64,000 nt of DNA from Prorocentrum cordatum (Eukaryota): NCBI GenBank assembly GCA_963575745.1, contig CAUYUJ010000115.1, forward strand, positions 310,001-374,000, given 5' to 3'. Positions 13,240 through 26,367 of the stretch are shown in pieces. The first letter of the stretch is position 1; every line of letters starts with the position of its first letter. The notes under the pieces were generated by a model. It was given only the letters and a program-made list of their open reading frames with translations. It was not told where the DNA came from and did not search any database. A program made the position numbers and the translations under genes.

Positions 13240-13620
13240 AGAGGAGGAGGAGGAGGAGGAGGAGGAGGAGCGCCAGTACCTTCCAGGAGGAGGAGGATAA
13301 TGAGGAGGAGGAGGAGGAAGATGGGGCACGAGGCACGAGGCTGCTGCCGCCCGAGTCGAACAGCGGGCGGCGAGGACAAGAAGGATGGTGGAGGAGGAGG
13401 AGGAGGAGGAGGAGGACAAGGGAGGAGGAGGAGGCGGAGGAGGATGAGGAGGAGGGAGGAGGAGGAGGAGGAGGAGGAGGAGGAGGAGGAGGAGGAGGAG
13501 GAGGAGGAGGAGGAGGAGGAGGAGGAGGACGAAGAGGACGAGGAGGAGGAGGACAAGGGAGGAGGAGGAGGAGCAGGAGGAGGAGGAGGAGCAGGAGGGA
13601 GCAGGAGGAGGGAGAGGGGA
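13240..13620. repeat. (GAG/GGA)n microsatellite
   Basis: Direct reading of the sequence. Confidence 0.9.
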
Positions 13621-13939
13621 CGATGGCGGGGCGGAGCGCGAGCCCGAAGTGTGGCGGCGCGGCTCCTGCTGGCCACGAGGGGCCCTCAGCACGGGCGGGA
13701 CGTCCGCCACGTGGGAGGCGCGGAAGACCTCTCGGGGGGGGCGCGGCGCCGCGGACCCGCGGCCCCGGGGGGCTGCCGGCGGCATCGGAGGCGAGACGCA
13801 GGAGGGCGGGGCGGCGGGGGAGTGGCAAGGGAGAGCGTGCAGAGGGCTCCTGTTGGAAGCCGGGCGAGGGCTGGCAAAGCCGTGGCTGCTAAGACGGCCC
13901 TCCCGGAAGGAAACAGCGGCAGGGGGCTGAGCATTTTCC

Positions 13940-14085
13940 TAGGGCGGAGGGCTCAGGGTGAGATCCTTATGGGCTTTTGCACCTCGAGAATCCATCCGTC
14001 TTGTGATTCACCTTTTGCAGATTCACGCCTCGAAAATCCATCGAAACGGCATTTCAGATTTCACCCTTCGCCCTCCACCCAAAGA
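13940..14085. mobile_element. MITE-like inverted repeat element
   Basis: 'gggcggagggctcagggtgagatc' pairs imperfectly with 'gatttcacccttcgccctccaccc'. Confidence 0.55.
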
Positions 14086-14250
14086 ACATCATTTTTCAGG
14101 AGGAGGCACCCCAGGCTGAGGAAGGGATGGAGGAGAAGGAAGTCTTTCGCAGAGGGGGCAAGAGCGCTCATCCTGCGAGCCCTCCGCAGGCTCGCCGCCA
14201 TCTGTGAGGGCGCACCGGAGCTCCTCCGGTGGCACGGTGCTCACACACGC

Positions 14251-14377
14251 AGGGGTAGGGGCGGCGGCTTCTTAGAAGGAGGCGGCGTCTGAGAAGGCGC
14301 TGGCCCTACATCAGCAGACAAGGCCCGCGCCTTCTAAGAAGCAGGGATGCTTCTAAGAAACCTTATCCCCTACCCCT
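14251..14377. mobile_element. MITE-like hairpin element
   Basis: 'aggggtagggg...cttcttagaag...gaaggcgctggccct' is inverted relative to 'aggcccgcgccttctaagaa...ttctaagaa...cccctacccct'. Confidence 0.65.
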
Positions 14378-14690
14378 ACCCCCTTCTGCACGTGGCCGGC
14401 GATAGACCTCGACGCACTGTCCGTTACCGCACCGCTTCCGGAGCCTGGAAGCCCGAATCGCCAGAGACGTCCTCGGAGAACGACCCAGGTGCTACTGGAG
14501 CACCCCAACCCAACCCGAAAACCCAAATTTCGGGATGGGGGGTGGAGGAGGAGGAGGAGGAGGAGGAGGAGGAGGAGGAGGAGGAGGAGGAAAAGGAAGA
14601 GGAGGAGGAGCAGGAGGAAGAGGAGGAGGAGGAGGAGGAGGAGGAGGAGGAGGAGGAGGAGAGGAGCAGGAGGAGCAGGAGGAGCAGGAG

Positions 14691-14729
<39 letters not shown>

Positions 14730-15196
14730 ACGAGGAGGAGGAGGAGGAGGAGGAGGAGGAAGAGGAGGAGGAAGGGGGGGGTACGGGTTCCATAATTATG
14801 CGTTTTTGTCAATGCTCCCCGACGCCCCCACCACTGGGAAAGGGGGGCCAATCGGGGCCTTCGGGTAGGGTTCGGGTGATTTGGTGGGTGGTGAGGTCCC
14901 GAAGTCGTGCGCTGACCCCGAACCCCCCGCCGACTCACCGCACCGCGTGGTCACCGCACCGTTTGGGGGCCCCGACCTTCGGCTTCCAGGGGCCCCCGCG
15001 GCCGCGCCCCGGGACAGTCAAGACACGGCTCAGGATGAAAAGCGGGGCCCCAGAGAAGGGGTCGAGACCCCCGAGAACCCATGCCGCCAAAAGGCACGAC
15101 CCGCGGAGGTCAGGGAGGGGGGATCAGCGCGCGCGTGGCGGCCCCAGGGCTCGCGCAGGGCCCCCGGAGGTTGAAACCAAGGAAAAGCCTTGGGAC

Positions 15197-15232
<36 letters not shown>

Positions 15233-16859
15233 CCCCCCCCCCTTTTTTTTTTTCTTTTTTTTTTTTTCGAAAAGCCTTGGGACCTTCTCTTTGAGAACAC
15301 CACTCTTCTCCACGGCAGGATCACTGCATCACGAATCGGGAAGCCGTCTCGCATCGAAACGTGCGTCGCATCGGGCCGCATCGGCACGCAGTCGGCATCG
15401 AATCGGATCGGCGGCACGCGCCAGGATGCACGGCAACCTCGTAGCATCATCGGGCCGCCGCGGGCCGCGGAAGTGACGGAAAAACGGAATCGGACCGGGC
15501 CGGCCGGGACCTCTCGGGACATCGAGCCGGGCATCGCCGGACCCCAAACTCCAACGCGCGAGCGCGCCAGGCCCACGGAGTGGGGAAGGCGCCCCACGAG
15601 CGGTGCGGCCCGTGCGGCCCGCTGCGGCGACGAAGGCGCGCCGAGCTTGCTCGGCGGCGAGGGCCGTTGCTGCCTCGCGCGCCCTGCTCCATGCTCGCAG
15701 TTCCTCGATTCCCCCCCCGCCCTCGCTCGTCTCTGCTGAAGGGGCCCCAGGACACACAAATAAATACACACAAATAAAAAGATTCCCCATATTTTCTGGG
15801 TTTTTGTCTTCCCCCCCACTTCGCATATTTTCCCATATTTTCCTGGGAGTCGACGATTAATTGTGTCTGTGTGTTTCTTTCCCTCCTGATCTGCTCCTCC
15901 CTGCTGCTCTCGCGCGCCGCCCCTGGCTGGGCGGCGACGTCCGACCCGTCACCCCCACCAACTCGTGACCCCCGACGCCATGATTTAGCATGACGTCGGG
16001 GGCCATGGGCCACCAGCTCGTGACCCATCGACTCTACTCTCTAGACCCCCGACGTCATGATTTATCGTGGCGCGACCCCCAGAGATCCAGGCCCCTTCCC
16101 TGGGGCCGGCCCTTCCTCCTGAGCTGTTCTCCGACGGTCCCGAGGGCTGGCCAGGGGGGCGGTCCGTCGTGGCTTCTTCGTGGCTCGAGGGGCTCCGGGT
16201 CTCTTGCGTCGACAGGAGGCGGGGGTGCGGCGCGGATCTCGCCAAGTGCTCGACGCATTGCGAACTCCACCCCTTGCCGCCAGTCGCATGGCCCGAAGCA
16301 TTCATCGGCGCGGCCCCCTGGACTCTCCGAGTGTTCCCGCGCGACGCCGAGCATGCTGTCTGTGAGAGAGGTCATTCGTATACTTTGCACAGGTAGTCGT
16401 CCTTGTTGTTTCAAAGTCTTCGTTTCCGTCCCCGTTGATGTCGCGCGGCTCTTTGGGTCGCCCGGCCAGACGTGTCTTGCCTTGCCTGGGGGGCCCAGGG
16501 CAGGCCTCCCAAATGAGCGACGAATGTTGAAAAGGGGTCTGACGCACGATGGCACGGCAACGCACAGTTTCCCCCGGGGCCGTAGGCGATTCGAGGAGGG
16601 GGAGAAGGTGGAGGAGGAGGTGGAGGAGGGGGAGGGGGAGGAGGAGATGCAGCCGCGGCGGCGGCGGCGAAGCGGTGTCGGGCCGAAGGTCGAACAAAAT
16701 CGAACGACAACGCAGCGCGTTGAACGCACAGCCAAGTTGCAATTGACAGTGAGCGACCCACCTTGCGCGCCTCCTTCGAGGGCGGTTGAAAGACGGCGCC
16801 CCTTGGGACGGGGGCCCCGATGTGTCATCGCTCAACCACGGTTACACAATGAGCGCGCG

Positions 16860-17030
16860 ACCCCTGGGGACCGACGGTCCGCGCGCAGCCCCACCCGATC
16901 CCCCTTGGGAGCCGACTGTCCGGCGCGCAGTCCCAGCCGATCCCCCAGGGGCCGACGGTCCGCGCGCAGTCCCAGCCGACCCCCTTGGGGGCCGACGGTC
17001 CCGCGCGCAGTCCCAGCCGAACCCCTGGGC
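16860..17030. repeat. ~39-bp tandem repeat, 4-5 copies
   Basis: Units 'ccccttgggggccgacggtccgcgcgcagtcccagccga'. Confidence 0.85.
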
Positions 17031-17779
17031 CTAAAAAATTAAGACGGACCAGCAGGCCCCACAAACAAGTTTTAGGTTTCAGGCCATCAAGTCCAGAGAA
17101 CGAGGCGCGGACCCAAAGCAGTGTCGGACCAGGCCAGGCCCACAGGGCCAGAGCTCAAAAACGCAGCGTTAAACCCACGAGGTCCTTGAAACTGCACTGA
17201 GGCTGACGATGCCGATGGCAGCAGCCGCCGATGCCTGCGCGGGCCCAGCCATCACCCTTCCCTCCAGGGGCCCATGGAGAACGGGTTCGAACGCGCTCCG
17301 AAGGTCTCCAGCACTGCGACGATCCACCGCACCCCCAGGGCCCACCGCACTCCGACGATCCACCCCGCTTCGAAGGTCATCGGCACCCCGACTGTCCTCC
17401 GCGCTCAACTGACCCCCGGCACACCGACGATCCACCGCGCGCCACTGTCCGAGAACCCGGCTCTGACGATTTGCATCCAGTTATGGCGACGCTGAGCCCG
17501 CTGACGGCTCGAGGGGCACCGCCGTGGGATGTGCGATCTGACGTCTTGCCTCGGCGCCATAGCGAGAGGCGCGCGCTCTGATTAGCGGGCACCCCGGCAG
17601 GGCGACATCAGGCGTCAAACGACCCCCTGCCGTGCCATCAGCTCCCGAAGGGGCAACGACAGACATTAAACTGCACCCCGTCATGCCATCGACGCCCCCT
17701 CGAGCACCGGCGCTGCGGCGACGACCACCTTCCGACCTCACGCCTCGAACTGGCCGATGGCGAGCTGGAGGATTCTCTC

Positions 17780-18460
17780 GGCGTTCGATCTCGGCGCTGC
17801 CCCCATCTCCAGCTCCCCCCCCCTTCTGGGCCACGCATGCGATGCGGGCCCTAGTCAGCACGGCATCCGCGAAAGAGAGCGCCATCTTCGCCCGGCCTTC
17901 CTTGAAGGCGAGAGACGCGCGACGACCCCTTCACGAGAAGACTGAACTCTGTGACGTCCGTGACTGCGTCCAGTCTGGCCTGCTGCCCCTGCCAGTTATT
18001 CTGATTCGCCGCGCCCACCGCCGCACCTGCCTCTGCGATCTTCTTGCGCGCGATGAGGGAGATCCGCGCGCGCAGGAACCATGGTGACCTCTGGGAGCAG
18101 CTGCGACGGGTCCTTTGCGCTCTCCTCTCTCATCTTGGCCGCCTGCATGGCGCGCGCCTTGCTGCCCTGGAAGCCCGCGACCACCGCTGGAGACGACTCG
18201 TCTATCAGCATCGTCGGATACTCGGCCGACGCCCAAGACCGCATCTGGCATGATTTCCCCAGCGCCGCGCGCGTCAACACGGGGAGCAGCTCCGCAACCT
18301 GCCGCGCGTTCATGGGGCGGTGCTTCCCGATGACATCCTGCGGTGGGCGACCGGCCTTGCCGATCTCCGCCGCTGCTCTCCCGTTGGCACCTCGCTGCCG
18401 GGGCTGCGCGGCTCGCGGTCCGACGCTGCCGCGCCGTGGGCCTCCCCGTCGGCCGCCGCG
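17780..18460 (-). pseudogene. Decayed coding segment resembling ORFs that accompany dinoflagellate LINEs
   Basis: Protein-like frame AELLPVLTRAALGKSCQMRSWASAEYPTMLIDESSPAVVAGFQGSKA, then after frameshifts MALSFADAVL...QKGGGAGDGGSAEIERRE. The resemblance is from recall only. Confidence 0.3.
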
Positions 18461-18759
18461 CACTCGGGATGCTGCTGCCGAGCCAGAGCGGCCTCGCCCA
18501 CTCGCTTGAGGTTGGGGTGCCCCCCTTCCTTCCGGGCGCGATCTGGCCTCCTGGATCTGATCGCCCGGAGAGGCGGAACATCAGCGCGCGAACACATTGC
18601 CGAATATGTGGGCCCACGGGGGGCGCGACTGCGGAGGTGCCGAGTGAGCTCGGGCAGCGCGCCGAAAGGATGCCCAGCCAGGCAACATCAATTGGCGCAC
18701 TCGCCGCCGAACGCCGATCCGACCGTGGGAGAAGCGAACGGGCACTTTAGCGATTCGGG

Positions 18760-21700
18760 CTGGATGAGAGGCCTGAACGAAACACCTCCCCGCCAGAGTG
18801 GCCTGGGCCAGGTGCCCCTGAGCAATCCCATGCCTCGGCCAGGTGGCCTGCTCCAGAGTGGCCTGCCCCCTGAAATTCTGGAGGCCGAAGATGCGCTGGT
18901 TGGCCGCCGTCGCTGCGTGAACCACCGATCTACAAGAATGCCCTCCCTCCCATGGGGAACCTCTGGTGAGCCAGCAGAGTGCTCCTCGTACTGAACTCTC
19001 TCCCACGCTCAGCCCCCTCGGGCCCGCTACGAATCTCGCGCCTCCACGTCGGGGACGGCGGTGGGGGGGCCTTCAGTACCTCGGGGGCCCCGGGGGCAAC
19101 AAGGCCACGCAGTCCAGAGGGGGGGAGGAATGGCAACCGTTTTCGCGGCATCTCGTCGTACCCCGGGGCCAACGGCCAGAAACCTGCCCCGCAGATCATC
19201 GCACAGGAATAGAGCACGCATATTCAGACGCCGCCAGGGCTCCAGGGTCGAGCCGGGCACCTCGAGGTGCTCCTCCACGCCCTCGGCCTCTAAGCGGTCT
19301 GGGAGCCTCAGGATGTCCAGGGCCGCCCTGCGAGCACATGGGTTGGCCTTGGGGGCGAGGGTGCCATTGTCGAGGACAGCGGGGGTCAACTTGAGCGGGG
19401 GCTGGCCGAACACGGCCGCGATCCCATGTGAATGGCACTTGGGGCGAGCAATCCACCTCCGATGCACGCGCAAGCGTCGAACCCGCAACTCGACCCCGCA
19501 AGGTGCCACCTCCGCCCGCCTGAGCACAATTCCATCGGTGAGCGCGCGGTATGTTATCACTGGCTGGCCGCAGCTGTCGACCTGAGGCTTGCCATTCTCG
19601 TCGAGCACCTCCAGCTTGGCGCGCGCACTCTCCCCAGGCAACTTTCTGGCAAATCCCGCGAGCACTCGATCTAGCCTAGCCTCCTGCATATCTGTCAGCA
19701 CGAGGGCGTTTAAGCCCGATTGCACAGTACTCTGAACGACAGCACCCAATGCAATGCACGTGAACTTCCACGCGCGATTGCGAACCCAGAAACCCCCACC
19801 TAGTCGCGGCCTTCCTGCTCCTCAAGTCGCCTTGTACTCCTCCATTGATGGACGTCTGTCTACCGTGCGCGACGAACGAACTGCACCTGCCCCGAGACCT
19901 TCACCTTTCCCCCGAGGAGTGCTGCTGCGCGCGCATGGGCCCCATCGACCCACACACGAAGGTGAGGCACTTCGCTTCCCCGCATTTGGGGGCATGCGCA
20001 CATTCACCCAGTTCGTCCGCGAGGCCCTCGTAGACCGCGTGCAAAGTCAATTGCGCATTCTCTGCGGGCGCGACCACGTGCGTCTTGCTCGCGTCGCCCG
20101 CGCGCACTCGGCGTGAGAGGTCGACGGGGCGCTGCATAACAGGGGCCAATGCTGCGCGCGGGGTCTCGTTCGGCGAGAGCGCCTTCGAACAATCTCTCGG
20201 AGGAGAAGGCGGGGCCATACGTGTGTCTGACCACTCGTGGTAAGTACTTGGGCGATGAGGAGGGGCGCCTTGCCATGGGCGCGCTCGCAGATAATCCAGC
20301 AAACCCTGCGCAGGTCGCCCAGCCGTGCGAGCAGCAAAACGCAGCAGCTGGACAGTCGCTCATAAATGCCCCGCATCATCTTTGCAAAATCTGCCCCCCC
20401 CCCCCCCCCCCCATCCGCATTTACGATCGTGGACGTACTATGATCGTGACTACGATGGAAAAACGCCTGGCCCGGGCCCTCAGTGGACTCCTCGACGGCG
20501 CGCCTGAGTTCCGAGAACTTCGAGCACCCGAAAGCACTCGACGCGTCCTCCTTGGACGTTGTGGACGGAGACCCACGACTCCTCAAGCGGCCCAGTGGGG
20601 CCTCTCGGCAGATCAGGGCCCCCTCCCTGCTCCGCCCGCGATGGTACCCATGCTGCATGTCGGGGACCTCGTCGGGGGGGCCCTTCCTGAGCTGCGCCTT
20701 GAACCACGCGGCCCCCGTCCTGCAGAGCCCGCGCATACATCTTTGGGCGCTGAAGCCCTCCATCCCATTCTGCTTGCTCAGTCCCGCCGCCCTCGAGTGA
20801 TGCCGCGCCAGTGGTGTGCGACCTGCTCTACTAATGCGGTGAATGACTTTCTGGAGACCCTCGAGGGCGGCCGCGTTGCTGAGGTCCTCTGGATCACCCC
20901 CGAACCCTCGTCGATCTCCCGCGGGCCTGTGCCGAGGAACGAAAGCTGGAACACGCCCGGGCCCTTCATCTCCATCGTCGTCGTCCTCCGTATCTCGCCT
21001 CCTCCTTGGCCGACGATGCGCCCAATCGAACCGCCCCTGAGCTCTGCGACGAGGGGCCTTCGCATGTAATTCCCAGAGCTGTTCGAGGTCGTCCCGCCCC
21101 TGCTCCGCGCGCTGAGAGTTGTCAGGGCCGTGCGCCTGAAGCTTCGGGGCATCTTCTTCCAGGGCCTTCTGGTCTTCCGAGAACGCGGCGGGCGCGGGCT
21201 CGACCCCCCCCTCGACCCCTCGTTTGGCGAAGTGCGACCTGATCTCCGGGAGCCCGGGGGCGCGCTCGTTGACTGCGCCATTTTTGCGATGGCGAGGGCC
21301 CCCGCACTTTCCCGCCAGAACGCGAGCGAGATATGTACTTCTGCATGCTGTCACTTTTCCATGCTGCATCTATTTCAGAGACAAGCTGTTCCGCGACTGC
21401 CCCCTGTCGGCACCCCCGAATATGTCGCAATCGACGCGGGGGACGAGGAAGCAACATCGCAGTTTCAACGCAATCACCCTCTCTCTCTCTCTCGAGCAGT
21501 CCTCCGTTCAGTCAACAATCGATTCCAATCCCGACCGTGCTCCTGAGCCCGCGGATCCGCAGCAGCAGCAGCACGAGAGAAGTGTCGATCATCGGCGGCA
21601 AACGCTGCAGCCGCCCAGTGTTCCCAGCCCTCATCAAGCGTCGCAACATCCAACATCATATTATGAGAGTCGACTCCCTCGAAGCACGCTCCCAGTTCGG

Positions 21701-22550
21701 CCACGAAGGCCCCCGCCCCCACGCCGCTTCTGAGAGACTCGGCAAGTTCATCGTAGTCCCACTGGGTGCCCTTGGGAGAGGTCGAACGAGCAGCCGAGAC
21801 GGAGGAGGAGGGGCACGTGGTCCTGGATGCCTACTTTCTTCACAAGCTTCAGTCTCTGGTTGGATCTCTTCACGGCGATGCACCTGTCTGCCACCGACTT
21901 CTGCCATTCCCACGAAGTTTACCTGCGACGAGCCACAGGCCCCATAGAAACTGGGCCTCAGACCGCATTCACTAGATGAAATAAGACACCGCGTGACGCT
22001 CAATCACCTCCAGTACTCCATCAACAGCGCGCCGTTGTTTCCCCCTCGCGGTGAAGCCCGAGCGCGGGGGGCACAACTTGTTTTGTACTCCTCCAACTCG
22101 CCGCCCCCATTCACAAGAGTCATCCAGGTCGGAGTCCCACAGCAAGGCCGGCCGTTTCCGTGACCTGGTCAGTGTCTTATCTAACCACGGGCACATGGCA
22201 TTCACCGTCCGACGATATAGACCCCGCGGCCCACCCTTCGCGCACTCTCTACCAACACGCTTACCCGACGGCCTCGGGGGAAAGCACGCCATTGGAATTG
22301 GGAAACCAAGCCGACCTGAGCGCACTAGGTACACCGCCACGCGTCCGCGAAGAGCGACAAGCACGGGCGGCGCATCCACACTACGTTTCCTTATGAAAGC
22401 CTTCTTCCTCAGGAGCAGAGTGATGCCACACGGTCGATTCACAAATTTTCCAGGCACAGATCCGTTTCGTATGGCATGGTGATGGCGCAACGTAGTGAAC
22501 GCGACTGGCTGGTCTGGTGCAGCTCTCGCACGTGCTTGTGAATGCAACTA
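18760..22550 (-). mobile_element. Decayed non-LTR retrotransposon (LINE) with APE endonuclease and reverse transcriptase, multiple frameshifts
   Basis: EEP-like region CGITLLLRKK...LRGRV...FPP...WDSDLDD (22000-22500). RT motifs MQHGYHRGRSREGA and EDASSAFGCS (20500-20660). Post-RT segment VQSTVQSGLNALVL...RLDRVLAGFARK...ELRVRRLR (19027-19749). Confidence 0.75.
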
Positions 22551-22804
22551 TGTCCACCATCTTGAACTCGTCACCATGTAACCAAGCCTCATCCGCCGCC
22601 AAACAGCTCCAATGGAGGAAAATAAGCATAGAGCGAATGAGCGAAAGACACAACAAATATACAAACATCATAACATTCAATCGAGTGCGACGGTGGGCAA
22701 ACCAGAGGGGGAGCCGTCAGCCATCACCACGAGGTACGGTTCGCGGGACGCTGCGTGTGTCGAGCCCCGTGTGCGGGAGCTCATGGGCCGGGGGGGGGGT
22801 GAGA

Positions 22805-22977
22805 TGGAAGAGGAGGAGGAGGAGGAGGAGGAGGAGGAGGAGGAGGAGGAGGAGGAGGAGGAAAAGGAGGAGAGGAGGAGGAGGAGGAGGAGGAGGAGGA
22901 GGAGGGAGGAGGAGGAGGAGGAGGAGGAGGAGGAGGGAGGAGGAGGAGGAGGAGGAGGAGGAGGAGGAGGAGGAGGA
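22805..22977. repeat. (GAG)n microsatellite
   Basis: Direct reading of the sequence. Confidence 0.95.
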
Positions 22978-23352
22978 CGGGTCGCCTAAACACTTTGGAG
23001 AAACCCTCCACACGGCGACCTTACGCCGCCGCTCACGCGGGCCAGAAGCGCGCACACCCGCGTGGAGAAGAGGGCACTTCTATGTGCGCGACCTCAATCG
23101 GGCACAGCACGCGCCAAGTTCGCCGCTGTTTTGCAGTCATCGTGCTACCACAAGGAACGCCAGATGAGGAACGAAGGGGCTTTTGGGCCGCGGCGAACCT
23201 CAGCCACGGACAGCTTCCCCGACGCAGACCTCGAGGAGCGGCCCGAAAACCCGAGCCCCTTCTGAGCCCAAAGCGTTCCTTACCTCAGCGGTTTCACTGG
23301 ACTCCGCCCCCACTCTCACGCCCCGCCTCTGCTGCCCCCCTCTCGGGTCGGG

Positions 23353-23517
23353 CGAAAGGGGGGGATAGCAAAGGGGGGGTTTGAGAATCAGCTCACGTAG
23401 CTGACTTTCCCGGCGCCGGAGGCGCCCATGTATCGAGGAATGGGCCCGACGGCGGGGCCGAAACCAGCTGCATGCAGCAGATTTCGTAACCCCCCCTTTC
23501 CCAATCCCCCCCTTTCG
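23353..23517. mobile_element. MITE-like element with ~35-bp imperfect TIRs
   Basis: 'cgaaaggggggatagcaaagggggggtttgagaatc' is inverted relative to 'gatttcgtaaccccccctttcccaatcccccctttcg'. Confidence 0.65.
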
Positions 23518-24006
23518 TCCGGCCCGACCCTCCCCCCCAATCCGGGCGGCCAGGCCGCAGGAACGCCGGGCGTGGCGAGAGGCCGCCCCGGGACGGCTCG
23601 GAGAGAGCTCGCCGCGCGCTCGGGGGCGCGGAGCAGCACCCCCTCGGCAGATGTTCCCCCTCGGCGGCCGGGCAGGCCCGAGCCAGATCGAACCGCGAGA
23701 TCGGATCGGATATCGAAAACGGGCCCAGACATGCTCGCGGGACCAGAAGCCAAACGACACCAAACCGTCTTCGAAGGTAAGCCATTCTCCTCTGGGGCGT
23801 GTGTTTTGCTTCCGCCGCCGAGCTTCCGCCGGCTTCCGCTGACGGAGGCGGCCTCGTTTTCCTTCCGCCGACCTTCCGCCGCCTTCCGCGGCGGAAGAGA
23901 TGCCAACTCCTCAGATCCTCGAAGGCGAGGCCCTCTCTGGAACGCCTCAACTGGTGCCAATCGACATCGGGGGAGTCGAAACGAGGCCAGCAGGCCCTCT
24001 TCTAGA

Positions 24007-24212
24007 GGCCTCCCAGAAGAGGTCCGAGTAGATGGGGTCGGAGGACCGCGCCGCATCGCCGATGTATTGGCGATGCATCGGCGATGCCTCGGCGATGCAT
24101 CGGCGACGTCGGCGATGGGAAACACGGTCTCCACATCGAGCCGCATCGTCGATGTATCGACGATGCGGCGCGATCCTCCGACCCAAACTGCTCCGACCCC
24201 ATCCAGGAGGCC
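24007..24212. mobile_element. MITE family C (long TIRs, internal CATCGGCGATG repeats)
   Basis: Collinear with 26598-26803; ends are inverted. Confidence 0.75.
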
Positions 24213-24572
24213 AAAATCTTCGCGCTCTGCCTTGCCGCCTGCCCTGGGAAGCGGGAAAAGCGGGGAGCGGCTCTCGAGTCCAGGCAGCGACAGCTCGCGA
24301 GGCTCCGCAGGCCCTCCCTGCGGGGCCGCCCCGAGGCTGGTGCCCACTGCAGGCGGTCTGCTGCGGTGCTGGCTGCTGGGCGGGGGATGTGGCGACCACG
24401 ATCCCCGATCTCGTGGGGTTCTCGACTGGACCGTGACGTCCGGGGCCAAACTCGGGGATTTGCGAAGGGGGGGGGGGGGCGTCCGACCTCGAGGGGGGGG
24501 GTGCGTCCTGGGGTTCTCCTGCCTTTCCGGGAGCATTTTGTTAGGGGAGGGTGGGCTCGGGGACTGGCAGAC

Positions 24573-24719
24573 TTAGGTCGGACATGTCCCCCTACAGGCG
24601 GGTCTTGGAGGACAAGTTAGCAATACGACGAAAAACAAAACAAAACTCAAGAAATCGTCCCCAGACTATGTTTGGATATCTGTTAATATTCCTCCTCTAG
24701 AGGGACAGGCCCGACTGAA
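24573..24719. mobile_element. MITE family B
   Basis: TIRs 'ttaggtcggacatgtccccctacagg' and 'cctctagagggacaggcccgactgaa'. Confidence 0.8.
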
Positions 24720-26367
24720 GGCTGGTAGGGAGAGGTCGCCATCTGGCTGCTGCTTCAGGAACGCACGCGGCGCGCCGAGACGCTGCACCCGATTGCAGCA
24801 ACACTCTTTTTTGGTTTGGAGCTCGGGCGGTTGAACAGAAGTGCGTGTCTGGGCCGCGCCCATGAGATGCGGGAGGGCCTCCAGCGGCCTCCACCGCACC
24901 TCGACTTGTGCTGCTCCCATCGTACTTGAGGACCACATCCCAGAAAGAAATTTCGAGCGCCCGGAAGAGTGTCGAAACAGTGTCGGAACAGTGTCAGGCG
25001 AGTGTCTCCCAGGGCCCGACACATGAAAACCGTCCAGCCTCAGTACTGTTTCTGGTGCTCGAAATTCTTTCTGGTAGTCAAGGCTAAAGTAGGTTAAAAC
25101 AGCATGAACCTCGACGCGCAACCACCGTCGAGGTTTGAAGAGCAGTCGGGTGAGGTCGACCACTTCACACAGTGCGCGCTGCTTGACGCTGTGTGCGGCA
25201 CGGTTCCCGACCTCAGCTGGCCTCCATGCAAGCGAGCAGTCGCACCAAGTGTGATCACATCTGCCCTCACGTTTCACCCCAGAGGGGCAATTATACGCAC
25301 CTGCCGCCAGAATGTGCCGGCCTCGTAGCTCGGCGGGAAACTGGGCTTCTGGCAGCGAGCGCGAAACGAATCGACAACATGAAACCTGATGTCGAGCTCA
25401 GGCCTCGGAGCTGGCGGGCCAGCGTCCGAAGTGCGCCGCTTCACAGCACTGTAAGGTAGCGGCAACTTCAACCAAACGTTAAACCAATGTTACAAATTAC
25501 ACCTCCCCCCAGACTGACACACGGTCCGCGTCAACTGTTGGGCTCCCTCTGAATACTTTCCGACTCTAGGCCTGCGTGCGTAAGGCTTGGGCGTGAGTAA
25601 GAAGTGTACGTTGGCTTCCTTAAGAGTGCCTGTGAGCATGCCTAGACGAGTTTAGAGTGGTCGTTTCGGGTGATGGTGTCTTTGGAAGATTCAAGGGGGA
25701 CCCGAGTCAACTGGCCTGAGAGAAGCCGCGGCTCGCCAAAGCAGCACTGCAACGAACCGATGACACCTGGCAACTGCTCGTCGAGTGTTGCCGCCGTGCC
25801 CGTCACGAGACGAGGCTGAGCTGAGTATCGCCGCATCCGAATACTATGTGAGCGCCGCCGCCCCACTGGCCGCAATCATACCACGGGTCATCCCAGGCCG
25901 TGTAGCTATGACTCGGAGGAAGGAAACAACGGCATAACTGTAACATGCCCGAGCTCCGCACGGACTTCCTGGATCGGCGCTGGACCCCCCTCCCCTCGGG
26001 TGTTGCCAGAAGTGCGCCTGGCCCAAGGTGCCCCCTGGATTTCCGAGGAACCCACGGCCTCCAGGTGACCCCCTCACGAGGCCCAGAGGGCCCCAGGGGC
26101 CCCCACATGTGGGCGACAGGCTGGGGGGCATCTCGGGCCAGGGGTACCCTTTCGCAACCCCCGACCCCTGGCGCGCGGAGCGCGCCGGGGGGGGGAAGCA
26201 GGAGGCGCCGCCAGAGAGGGGCCCAGGGCCGACCCCAGAAATCCGCGCGGAGCCCCCAGGAGTTTGCGCCCATGCCGCGCTCTCTCCTCCGAATGCCACG
26301 GGCCCTCCCCCGCGCTGTGGCCCTGGCTGCCCAGGCCGCCCCACCTGCGGACCTCAATCGTATAACC

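Noticed and set aside
23388..24576. Overlapping 382-aa ORFs on both strands
   Set aside because: They run through MITEs in GC-rich sequence and show no domain motifs.
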